Source: an uncultured bacterium (GTDB lineage Bacteria; Fidelibacterota; JAANXI01). Taken from it: 64,000 nt of DNA. Position 1 is the stretch's first letter. Every line of letters begins with the position of its first letter. Location: the NCBI GenBank assembly GCA_964413425.1, contig CAYPST010000010.1:5070-69069 (forward strand), read 5' to 3'. The notes beneath the pieces were generated by a model. The model was not told the DNA's origin, did not search any database, and saw nothing but the letters and a program-made list of their open reading frames with translations. The translations under genes were made by a program, and so were the position numbers. Shown here in pieces: positions 1 to 8,732 of the stretch.

Positions 1-396
1 ACCACTGAATGGCACCTGATAGTACAACAGGGCAAAAACAAGCATGGAAAATCCTACGATGAACGCCAGCAGAACATACGGGAGCACTTTTCCAATGATG
101 ATCTGGGAAGCGCTGGCAGGAGAGAGCTGCAGCTGGATCATGGTCCCGGTTTCTTTCTCCCGGGCGATGGTGATGGAGGTGAGAATGGTGGCAATCATCA
201 TGAGAAAAACGACCACCAGGCCCGGAACAATAAAGTTCGCCCCTTCCATCTCCGGATTATACCAGACCCGCGGTTCCATGGAAAACAGGCCCCGTGGGGG
301 TTCATCTCCAAAGGTGGTTTCGGAAAGAATTACCGTAATTCCCGTCTGAATGATCTTTCCTGTGTTGGCATCCGAACCGTCGATAACGACCTGCAT
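1..396 (-). CDS. ABC-2 family transporter permease (partial; C-terminal part lies beyond window start)
   Basis: Manual reverse-complement translation of 1-396 gives AMQVVIDGSDANTGKII...IVPGLVVVFLMMIATILTSITIAREKETGTMIQLQLSPASASQIIIGKVLPYVLLAF.... The REKExGT motif followed by TM helices is the ABC-2 permease hallmark (YbhS/YbhR-like). Candidate ATG is at 396-394 with no clear RBS, and TM1 appears to be missing. Confidence 0.55.
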   Translation of the reverse strand, partial: MQVVIDGSDANTGKIIQTGITVILSETTFGDEPPRGLFSMEPRVWYNPEMEGANFIVPGLVVVFLMMIATILTSITIAREKETGTMIQLQLSPASASQIIIGKVLPYVLLAFIVGFSMLVFALLYYQVPFSG

Positions 397-593
397 TGCC
401 GGGGATTTGCCCCGGCCGAAGGCAGCAGGATTCCACAGAGCATGCGAATGGTGGTGGTTTTCCCGGCACCGTTTGCCCCGAGAAATCCGAAAATTTCGCC
501 GTCTTTAACGGCAAACTCGATGTGATCCACCGCAGTGAATTTCCCGAAATTCCGGGTCAGGTTCCGGACTGCAACAGCGTGCGCTGAATTCAT
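330..593 (-). pseudogene. ABC transporter ATP-binding domain fragment (Walker A region only), frame-disrupted and running into the permease
   Basis: Translation begins MNSAHAVAVRNLTRNFGKFTAVDHIEFAVKDGEIFGFLGANGAGKTTTIRMLCGILLPSAG (P-loop) and then becomes nonsense. A full NBD needs about 650 nt, but only about 180 nt precede the permease reading frame. ATGA start/stop overlap with the upstream ATPase at 590-593. Confidence 0.45.
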
Positions 594-1498
594 GAAACCT
601 CCTCCAGGGCGGCGAAGACGTCCTCCATTCCGGGCCTGATTTCCTGAACCTCAAAGTCCGCCTCGAAAAGTGAGCGGAGCTTTTTGTGGACATCTGATTC
701 GGTCAGACCGGTTTCATGACTGCTCAAATGCAGGGTATCTCCCTTGGGATAGATCATGTGGATCCAGGATTCTGTTTCCAGACGATCCAGTGCAGTCATG
801 ATATTCGCGGTTCGGACCTCAAATAATTTGTGTTGATACTCCTGCTTCAACCCGTCCGGCGAATGGCCGGCCAGCATTTTTCCATGGGAAAGAAAAATCA
901 CCTGATCGCATTGCACTGCCTCTTCCATATAAGGCGTGCTGACCAGGATAGTGCGGCCTTCGGCCTGCAATTGCGCCAGCATTTCCCAGAGCTCCGCCCG
1001 GGCCATGGGATCCACTCCGGTGGTCGGTTCATCCAGGATGAGAAAGGGCGGCGCATACATAAGGAGGCTGATAAGCGCCAGTTTCTGCTTCATGCCGCCG
1101 GAGAGATTCTCCGCGCGTCTGTTCGTAAATTGGGTGAGCCGGCTGAACTGAAGCAATCGTTCATAGCGCTCCATCCGCTGATTCCCTGGAATTTTATAGA
1201 GGTTGGCGAAAAACAGCAGGTTCTCCCGCACGGTGAGGTCCGGATACAGGGAAAACTCCTGGGGCATGTAGCCAATCCCCCCGGGCTGTCGAATGTCCGG
1301 CGATCGGAAACGCAGCTCGCCCGCATCGGGCTTCAGCAGCCCGACGATGATTTTCATCAACGTCGACTTGCCGGCGCCATCCGGTCCGATAATGCCAAAG
1401 ATGGACTGTTCCGGAATCGGCACTGAAATATCATCCAGAGCTGTGATGTCTCCGTAGTATTTGCGTATATTCCCAATCTGTAAAAAGTGTTGTCCCAT
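590..1498 (-). CDS. ABC transporter ATP-binding protein (ABC-2/CcmA-like NBD, 302 aa)
   Basis: Walker A GPDGAGKST, Q-loop, signature LSGGMKQKLAL, Walker B LILDEPTTGVD, H-loop. C-terminal ~80-aa extension. Confidence 0.9.
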   Translation of the reverse strand: MGQHFLQIGNIRKYYGDITALDDISVPIPEQSIFGIIGPDGAGKSTLMKIIVGLLKPDAGELRFRSPDIRQPGGIGYMPQEFSLYPDLTVRENLLFFANLYKIPGNQRMERYERLLQFSRLTQFTNRRAENLSGGMKQKLALISLLMYAPPFLILDEPTTGVDPMARAELWEMLAQLQAEGRTILVSTPYMEEAVQCDQVIFLSHGKMLAGHSPDGLKQEYQHKLFEVRTANIMTALDRLETESWIHMIYPKGDTLHLSSHETGLTESDVHKKLRSLFEADFEVQEIRPGMEDVFAALEEVS

Positions 1499-1764
1499 GT
1501 ACCACTCTTTCGTTAAGTGTATCGAGAATTGATACCCGGGAGTGTTCTACACAGAGATCCAGAAGACCACGCCAATCGAACTTCCTTTGGGATAAAGGCC
1601 TCTGGAGAACTAAAGGACTCTTCGGGAGCATCCCTACTGAACCATAAAATATCCGAGCTTCCAGACAGCTTCTGCCTTTTGACTTTTCACGTTTCACTTT
1701 TCACGGACGTTTATCTGTGGTCATCTGTTGTTTCTGTGTCCATCCGCGTGCTATTTTTTTTGAA

Positions 1765-2649
1765 TTACTTAGAGTAGGTCAAGGTCACCGGCATCCCGAT
1801 TTTCAGCACCCCATCCGGATTTGGGATTTGCACCCGGATGCCATAAGTCAGCGACGTTCGCGTATCTTCGGTATACACCGTTTTCGGGGTGAATTCTGCT
1901 TCCGAGGCGATCCAGGCAACTGTTCCCCGGAGGGCGTTCTGCCGGCCGTCCAAGTGCACGGCGATCTCTTCACCCAGCGTAATTTCCGAGAGCAGGGGCT
2001 CCGGGATGTACATCATCACCCAGACGGTGTCGGTTAATCCGAGAGTGGTCACCAGATGTCCCGGCTGGAGGCGTTCGCCCCGTTCCACATAACGTTCCAG
2101 AACCACTCCTCCGGCGGGCGCCCGGATCACCGCCTCATCTATCCGAAAATCAAGGAGCGGCAGCTGTTCACGCAGCTGCTCCTGCTGATTGACCAGCAAC
2201 TGTCTCTGAACAGGGATATCCTCCAGCTGCGCTTGGGTCACGTCCCGTTCCATCTGCAGTTCGTCCAGCTTATCTTGGGCGACCCCGTCGCTGGCAACCA
2301 GCTTCTGCAGTCGATCGTGCTGCTTGTTCAGATAATTCAGTTTAATTTGCAGTTGCTCCGCTTTGTTGGAGAGCGATTGGAGTTGAATCGAAATTCCATT
2401 CAACCTGGTGTGCACCTGCTGCTTCTGAAGATGGAAGTCTGTGGTGTCAATAACCGACAGGAGGTGGCCCCGGGAGATTTTAACTCCCTCGGGCATATCT
2501 GAATACAGTATTTTTCCCGGTGAGGCTGTCCGGATATCGATGGTGTAGGCTTCTACCGTGCCGGTCGTCGTATACCCCTGCTGATCTCTTCCGTTGCAGG
2601 TGAAGAGGAACAGAAGGGAAGTCAGGAAACATACCTGTATGCGGCTCAT
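1765..2649 (-). CDS. HlyD-family periplasmic adaptor (membrane fusion) lipoprotein
   Basis: N-terminal signal with lipobox LFTCNG, coiled-coil central region rich in L/Q, C-terminal beta-barrel-like segment. Stop/start abuts the TetR gene (2649/2650). Confidence 0.85.
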   Translation of the reverse strand: MSRIQVCFLTSLLFLFTCNGRDQQGYTTTGTVEAYTIDIRTASPGKILYSDMPEGVKISRGHLLSVIDTTDFHLQKQQVHTRLNGISIQLQSLSNKAEQLQIKLNYLNKQHDRLQKLVASDGVAQDKLDELQMERDVTQAQLEDIPVQRQLLVNQQEQLREQLPLLDFRIDEAVIRAPAGGVVLERYVERGERLQPGHLVTTLGLTDTVWVMMYIPEPLLSEITLGEEIAVHLDGRQNALRGTVAWIASEAEFTPKTVYTEDTRTSLTYGIRVQIPNPDGVLKIGMPVTLTYSK

Positions 2650-3282
2650 TCACGATCTCCTTTCAAGGCCGGTCATTAAAATCTCTTCGAGATGTTCTAA
2701 TCGTCCATCGAGAAATGTATCAACATCATCAATATCCAGAATCTCTATGAACAAGGGTTTCGCCACAAAGAAAAAAACGATTGAGCTAATGGTGGTAATG
2801 AGAAACTGTCGCGGATCAACCGGATTGAAGTGTCCCCGGGTGACTCCTTCGTCGATGACCTGCGCAAATGCTTTGGGATAGTTAGGATTTTCGGAAATCA
2901 ACCTGCCAAAGAAATCCACCACTTCCTGTGGAGAGGACATGATTTCATGGACCATCAGTTTTGGCAACTCGGGGAGTGATCTGATAAATGTAAAATAGGA
3001 ACGGATAAGTGCCCGGATTTGTTTTCCGGGCTCCAGAGGAAGATCCAGGGACTGCGAAATCTGAGAGAATCCCTTCTCAAACACCCGCCGCAAGACCTCC
3101 CTGTGGAGATTCTCTTTGGTTGAAAAGTAATAGTGGAGAAGTGCCTTGTTGACACCTGCCCGGTCGGCAATGGACTGCATCCGGGCGCCTTTTTTTCCGA
3201 ACTCGATAAACTCGTCCATGGCTCCCTGCAAAATTTCTGCCTGGGGTGATTTCTCGTTAAAATACGGTGGTTGCCGGTTCAT
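2650..3282 (-). CDS. TetR/AcrR family transcriptional regulator
   Basis: HTH motif ARMQSIADRAGVNKALLHYYFSTKENL. Start ATG at 3282-3280 is preceded by a strong SD (GAGGGGGAG, minus strand). The longer ORF to 3426 lacks an RBS and overlaps the operator region. First gene of the TetR-HlyD-ABC operon. Confidence 0.85.
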   Translation of the reverse strand: MNRQPPYFNEKSPQAEILQGAMDEFIEFGKKGARMQSIADRAGVNKALLHYYFSTKENLHREVLRRVFEKGFSQISQSLDLPLEPGKQIRALIRSYFTFIRSLPELPKLMVHEIMSSPQEVVDFFGRLISENPNYPKAFAQVIDEGVTRGHFNPVDPRQFLITTISSIVFFFVAKPLFIEILDIDDVDTFLDGRLEHLEEILMTGLERRS

Positions 3283-3370
3283 GGCATTCTCCCCCTCAAT
3301 AGGATTCGTTCCGAAACCGGATCGATAATCCGGGAAGGAGTAGAAGGATATCGCAGAAGTTGACCATACT

Positions 3371-3415
3371 TTTAAACCTTTTGGTTTAATTATTTGGTTA
3401 AAGTATATGGTTAAA
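3371..3415. promoter_or_regulatory. Candidate TetR operator: inverted repeat TTAAACC-tttt-GGTTTAA plus two direct GGTTAAA half-sites
   Basis: Perfect 7-bp arms at 3372-3378 and 3383-3389. GGTTAAA repeats at 3396-3402 and 3409-3415. Located 90-130 bp upstream of the TetR start, in the divergent promoter region. Confidence 0.4.
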
Positions 3416-3851
3416 CTGTTTGACATGCAAGAAGAAATGTGATCTGACGGATGACCCGAGGGATTTGGAATGCGGAATGTATATCTATCTTCAACAGATG
3501 ATTATCACTATGAAGAACATCGAGCTCTCATTAACTTTCTGAGGCGGTGTGGTGTGTGGCGCGTTATAGATCAGATGAGAAACCAGGTCATGAGTGTGGT
3601 GGAACGAAAGCGTTAAATCATTGGAAAGACCTGCTGACACGTGAAGTTCCTTCCGCCGGTTGAAGCAAAGAACCGTCCGGCCGGCGGATAACTGTTCGTT
3701 GAATTGCCGTCAGGTTATGATCGAGATCTGTGGCGCACAATGAAGGGATTGTAATCAGACCACGGATATATTGTATTTGCACAATACATTATATGATAGT
3801 ATGTATCAACCGGACTGTATCCAAATTACTGACCTCATGGAGTAGGAACCG

Positions 3852-4469
3852 ATGCGTCGATTGATCTTCCTGCTGGTGCTCTGCACAGCACACTTCATTT
3901 CCGCACAACCACGAGAAATCAATCCACTCAATTTACGGTTTTCCGGTCAGCTTCATCCTTTGTTCCGGTATCAAACCAGTAATTACACCCAGCTTGACCT
4001 GCCATTTCGCATCGCCAGCGGGGAAGTGGAAGGCAGCATCGGTGAACTGGAGGTGAAGGGACGCGGAGTGCTGGAAACCCGCTGGTCGGAGATTCAGTTC
4101 ATAGAGCCTGTGCTGCGGGAGCTCTATCTGCATTGGTATCCGGAGTTCGGAGAAGTCAAAATCGGGCAATTGATTCACCGCTGGGGGCTGGCAGACGGCA
4201 GGAATCCCACAGATAACCTCTCTCCCTATAACTTCTATTATCTATTTGAGACAGGAAATGAACGAAAGGTTGGGGAGCTCTCTTTGAGTATGACCGTGAA
4301 TTTTGGTCGCTGGGATCTGGAAACCCTGATTGTCAATGCACACAGACCAAATGTCTTGCCGTTTGACGAGGAGGATCTTCCACTTACCACTGCACTCTAT
4401 CGGCATTCTGAGCATACTCATATGCACAAAACCATAAAGAAAAAGCAGGCAGGAAAGTGGGGCAATTGA
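3852..4469 (+). CDS. hypothetical secreted protein
   Basis: N-terminal signal peptide (LIFLLVLCTAHFISAQP); no recognisable domain. Confidence 0.45.
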   Translation: MRRLIFLLVLCTAHFISAQPREINPLNLRFSGQLHPLFRYQTSNYTQLDLPFRIASGEVEGSIGELEVKGRGVLETRWSEIQFIEPVLRELYLHWYPEFGEVKIGQLIHRWGLADGRNPTDNLSPYNFYYLFETGNERKVGELSLSMTVNFGRWDLETLIVNAHRPNVLPFDEEDLPLTTALYRHSEHTHMHKTIKKKQAGKWGN

Positions 4470-4522
4470 TTTGAGGGTATCCATAGAGATGAACCACGCG
4501 GCTTAACAAAAACAAGGGAGAA

Positions 4523-5194
4523 GTGATGAATTTACCATTCACCGCGGATGAATTTCTGGAAGTTTTCCGGCTGTATAACCTGAGTATATGGCCTGCCCAG
4601 ATCGTCGCCTATCTCCTGGGGATCGGGGCGGTCATCCTGGTCCTCCGGCGCCGGAAGTATTCGGACCGGATCATCTCGGAAATCCTGGGGTTCTTCTGGC
4701 TCTGGATCGGCATTGTCTATCATCTCATGTTCTTCAGCGCCATCAATCCTGCGGCGAGAATATTTGGCGCATTTTTCATTCTGCAGGGATTACTGTTTGC
4801 CTGGCACGGCGTGGTGAAAAAGAATCTGCAGTTCGAGTTTGAGAATAATTTATATTCATGGACAGGGGCCGTTTTTATTCTGTATGCGTTGATTGTTTAT
4901 CCGATCATCGGTACTATGGCAGGACATGGCTGGCCTTACAGTCCCATGTTTGGTGTGACGCCGTGTCCGGGCACCATCTTCACCTTCGGGCTCCTCCTGT
5001 GGACCGGTGAACGATTTTCAAAATGGATACTCGTCATTCCGTTCGTATGGTCGCTCATCGGGAGCTCAGCCGCAGTGTCGTTTGGGATATGGGAAGATTT
5101 GGGATTACTGGTTGCCGGCCTGGCGGGAGTTGCTCTGTTGATACTCCGGGATCGAAAGGTAATTCAGGGGACTGCGGCGGAAAGTTCGGCTTAA
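4523..5194 (+). CDS. hypothetical polytopic membrane protein
   Basis: About 6 hydrophobic helices; no recognised catalytic motif. Confidence 0.5.
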   Translation: MMNLPFTADEFLEVFRLYNLSIWPAQIVAYLLGIGAVILVLRRRKYSDRIISEILGFFWLWIGIVYHLMFFSAINPAARIFGAFFILQGLLFAWHGVVKKNLQFEFENNLYSWTGAVFILYALIVYPIIGTMAGHGWPYSPMFGVTPCPGTIFTFGLLLWTGERFSKWILVIPFVWSLIGSSAAVSFGIWEDLGLLVAGLAGVALLILRDRKVIQGTAAESSA

Positions 5195-5437
5195 GAGAGA
5201 ACACAAACAAATTACGGAATCAGGCACTGTCGTCCTCAGGGATAGAACCGGTGTTCCGCCGGTGAATCCTGACCTGATCACCGACAGTGATTGCCCGGAT
5301 CACCGGAAGAATAAAATAACCATTAGTCATCAAAGGGGTTCGCAAAGGAAGAATACGCTGAGTGGAAAGACTTCGTACCTGGATCGGCAGTCAGTAAATT
5401 ATTTCCCAAAGACAATACAAAACAGGAGAGTAAGGAC

Positions 5438-7081
5438 ATGTCTGAAAAATTCGCATTCATGATTGTTGTGGTGTGTGCGATTGCCTTGCCAACCACCGGC
5501 TTGGGAGCTGATCAAACCGCTATCCGGACGAAGTTCGAAACCAGTTTCCGGAGCAGCAAAACCTATGAAAATCCCCTCTATGATGTGGAATCGTTTACCG
5601 TACAATTTACCTCGCCGACTGGTCGCGAGAAAAATATCCTGGGATTCTGGGATGGCGGCGCCACCTGGCGGGTGCGGTTCATGCCGGATGAACCGGGCAC
5701 CTGGACCTATATCACCGAATGTTCCGATCAGGAGAATGCGGGCCTGCACCAGGTGAGGGGCTCCTTTGAATGCACGGACAATTCCAGTGAACACGAGATT
5801 TATACTCACGGCGCCATCAAACGTCCTCCCGGCTCCTATCATTTAACCTACAGCGATGGGACGCCCTTTTTCTACACGGCCTGTACTGCCTGGAACGGGG
5901 CGCTGAAATCCACGGAAGAAGAGTGGGATACCTATTTGCAGAATCGGGTGGACAAAGGATTCAATACCATTCAATTCGTCACCACCCAATGGCGGGGAGG
6001 TGAGTCCAACCGTTTCGGACAGAAAGCCTTTGAGGGATGCGGCCGCATCCGGCTGAACGTGGAATTTTTTCAGCATCTGGATACCAAAGTGGATCGGGTG
6101 AACGAATACGGACTGGTGGCTGCTCCGGTGCTGCTGTGGGCGCTTCCCTTCGGGGAAGGGATGGAACTGAGTCCAGGGTATTATTTGCCGGAACGGGAAG
6201 CCATCCTGCTGGCACGCTATATGGTCGCTCGCTATGGGGGTAATCACGTGATCTGGATACTCGGCGGTGACGGCCGCTACGTGGAGGCCTTCGAACAGCG
6301 GTGGAAGAACATCGGCCGGGGCGTGTTCGGTGACGAGCATCCGGGCGTTGTGGCCCAACATCCGCACGGCCGGTCCTGGATTGGGAATGTATATGCCGAC
6401 GAAGACTGGCTGGATATCTACGGCTATCAATCCAGCCATAGCGCCAGTCAGGGAACTGTGGACTGGATCAACAAAGGTCCGGTGAGCGAAAATTGGCATC
6501 GCATTCCGGCAAAGCCGATTATCAATATGGAACCGTGCTATGAAGAAATTCACTTTGCAATCTCCGCCGCAGATGTACGTAACGCTTCCTACTGGAGCCT
6601 CATGAACGCACCGGCAGCCGGAATTACCTACGGTCATAACGGCATCTGGCCCTGGCTTCGTGAGGGAGAAGAAATTCTGAATCACCGGCACGAGCCGGGA
6701 GTGACTCCCTGGTACGAGGCGATCCATGCCCCCGGCAGCACCCAGATTGGCTATCTTTCAAAGTTCTTCCGGCAATTCGATTGGTGGGAGTTCCGTCCGG
6801 ATCAGTCTCTGCTGGCAGAACAGCCAGGGAAGAAACAGTTTAATCACTTCATTTCCGCCACCCGCACAGGAGATTACGGCGTTATTCTCGCTTATGTGCC
6901 AGTGAAGTCCACGGTGAAACTGTATAATAGCAGGCAGTATCAATACGAAGGTCAATGGTTTGATCCGGTGGAAAACACCACTTCCGGGGCAAACGTGATG
7001 CATGAAGATGGAATCCTGGAAGTGACTTCTCCCAAAGAACAGGATATGGTGCTGGTTTTGAGACAGTCATTTCGGGAATGA
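5438..7081 (+). CDS. secreted putative glycoside hydrolase (DUF4038/TIM-barrel type, GH140/GH5-like)
   Basis: Signal peptide, N-terminal Ig-like region, then a TIM-barrel-like core (FNTIQFVTTQWRGGE, NMEPCYEEIH). Family assignment is recalled from memory, not searched. Confidence 0.5.
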   Translation: MSEKFAFMIVVVCAIALPTTGLGADQTAIRTKFETSFRSSKTYENPLYDVESFTVQFTSPTGREKNILGFWDGGATWRVRFMPDEPGTWTYITECSDQENAGLHQVRGSFECTDNSSEHEIYTHGAIKRPPGSYHLTYSDGTPFFYTACTAWNGALKSTEEEWDTYLQNRVDKGFNTIQFVTTQWRGGESNRFGQKAFEGCGRIRLNVEFFQHLDTKVDRVNEYGLVAAPVLLWALPFGEGMELSPGYYLPEREAILLARYMVARYGGNHVIWILGGDGRYVEAFEQRWKNIGRGVFGDEHPGVVAQHPHGRSWIGNVYADEDWLDIYGYQSSHSASQGTVDWINKGPVSENWHRIPAKPIINMEPCYEEIHFAISAADVRNASYWSLMNAPAAGITYGHNGIWPWLREGEEILNHRHEPGVTPWYEAIHAPGSTQIGYLSKFFRQFDWWEFRPDQSLLAEQPGKKQFNHFISATRTGDYGVILAYVPVKSTVKLYNSRQYQYEGQWFDPVENTTSGANVMHEDGILEVTSPKEQDMVLVLRQSFRE

Positions 7082-7125
7082 AGCCATAAAAAAGTGAGAG
7101 TGTATTCTGAGATAAGGAGGCTTCA

Positions 7126-8382
7126 ATGATGGAAAGATGTTTATTCAGATGGTTTATCTTTGTATTCGCCACTGTCAGTATGCTGGGATGTAACAGGCAG
7201 GTTTCCCTGGAAACGAATATTTCAGCCGGCATGTTTCAGCATCACTTTATTACCCGGGATCTGCCGGGCGACCAGGGGTGGGGATACGGAACGCCTGCCA
7301 TGGCCGATTTTGATAACGATGGTGATCTGGATTATGCCTTCTGCGTGCGAAATGACAGTCTATACTGGTTCGAGAATCAGGGAGGGCAAACATGGGTGAG
7401 ACACACTGCGGGTGAAATCCCCTTGCGCACCCTGGGAGCGACAGTGACAGACGTCGATAATGACGGATGGCAGGATATTGTCATCGGCGGTTACTGGTAC
7501 CGGAACAGTCAGGATCCGCAAAATACACAATTCGAGTTATACCGGTTCGATAATTCCATCGAAAATGAAATCCATGACATTGTAACTGCAGATATCGACG
7601 GAGATAATCAGCCGGATATCGTACTCACCGGGGATCACGAAGGAGCATTCTGGTATAGTATTCCGGAGAATCCCCGTCAGGATATGAATTGGCCCAAAAC
7701 CACTATCACTCTGGCTGTGTTGCACGACAGTGTGGCCATCCACGCAGGATTTTTTCCTCGGGGTGTGGATGATCTGGATAATGACGGGGATGCCGATATC
7801 GTTTTGCCGGATCGCTGGCTCGAGAACCGGGAGCGTGGCCAGAGGTGGATCGAGCACTCAATTCCGTTCGGTAAACGGGGACCATGGGGATTGTCTTCCC
7901 GGAGCTGGATAACTGATCTGGATGAAGATGGCGACAATGATATCGTCATGGTAGACTGTGATCAAAAGGCTTCCAGAGGAGCCTGGCTGGAAAATAATGG
8001 CGATCGGCCACCGACCTTTACTGCCCATTTCCTTCCCATGAGTGCACCCGGAATTCGGGGGTCATTCCATTCGCTCTACGTGGGAGATTTTGACCTGGAC
8101 GGGGACCTGGATATTTTTACCTGCGAGCAGGAAGATTCCGCCATTCTGCCGGAAGGAGCGCCGCCTCGCTGGTATATCTGGGAAAATGTCAGTTCCGCTG
8201 AACATATTCAGTTCAGAGAGCAGGTCATCCATGACGCCCGGCTGGGAGGGCATGATGCGCTGGTCGGTGATGCCGATGGCGACGGGGATCTCGATATCTT
8301 CTCAAAGATATGGAACGTCTGGGACAGCAACGGTAATCAGGGCAGAGAGCATGGTGATTTTCTGGAGAATCTGATGAAATAG
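7126..8382 (+). CDS. FG-GAP/VCBS repeat lipoprotein (7-bladed beta-propeller)
   Basis: Lipobox MLGC. Seven Dx(D/N)xDGxxD(I/V/Y) repeats (DFDNDGDLDYAF, TDVDNDGWQDIVIGG, ...). Confidence 0.75.
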   Translation: MMERCLFRWFIFVFATVSMLGCNRQVSLETNISAGMFQHHFITRDLPGDQGWGYGTPAMADFDNDGDLDYAFCVRNDSLYWFENQGGQTWVRHTAGEIPLRTLGATVTDVDNDGWQDIVIGGYWYRNSQDPQNTQFELYRFDNSIENEIHDIVTADIDGDNQPDIVLTGDHEGAFWYSIPENPRQDMNWPKTTITLAVLHDSVAIHAGFFPRGVDDLDNDGDADIVLPDRWLENRERGQRWIEHSIPFGKRGPWGLSSRSWITDLDEDGDNDIVMVDCDQKASRGAWLENNGDRPPTFTAHFLPMSAPGIRGSFHSLYVGDFDLDGDLDIFTCEQEDSAILPEGAPPRWYIWENVSSAEHIQFREQVIHDARLGGHDALVGDADGDGDLDIFSKIWNVWDSNGNQGREHGDFLENLMK

Positions 8383-8732
8383 ATGGGAATGTGTACGCCG
8401 CTCTCCGGCCCGGTCATTGATTCGTGGATAATTACGCGGAACACACAAAATGGTATTCCGCATTCTCCGAGTGCATAACAAACCATCCGGAAGCCCAGGC
8501 CGGGTCTTTGAAAGGCCGCGAGGAATAAATGTCTGTTCAGGTACTTTCGCATTTATCCAGAACTCTCTCCCCTGATACCTCAGCCATTGGGGATTCTGTA
8601 TGTGCCTGTTTTTACACCGGACGAGAAGGAAGAAGTCCGCGGTTGTGGCTGAACTTCCGCACAGTACGTTGTTTCAGGGTTGGCTTGTGCCCGTTAATTT
8701 GAGTATGAGAGTGCATCAACAGGAGCGTTCGC

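Noticed and set aside
44-349. 101-aa + strand ORF
   Set aside because: Antisense to the ABC-2 permease frame whose translation shows the REKExGT motif; no motifs of its own.
830-1426. 198-aa + strand ORF
   Set aside because: Lies entirely antisense within the well-supported ABC ATPase gene; composition artefact.
3420-3448. TTGACA -35-like hexamer
   Set aside because: No acceptable -10 at 16-18 bp spacing. Promoter consensus for this unknown lineage may differ.
5843-6727. 294-aa - strand ORF
   Set aside because: Antisense to the DUF4038-like hydrolase gene; no motif, Arg/Gly-rich as expected for antisense of GC-rich coding.
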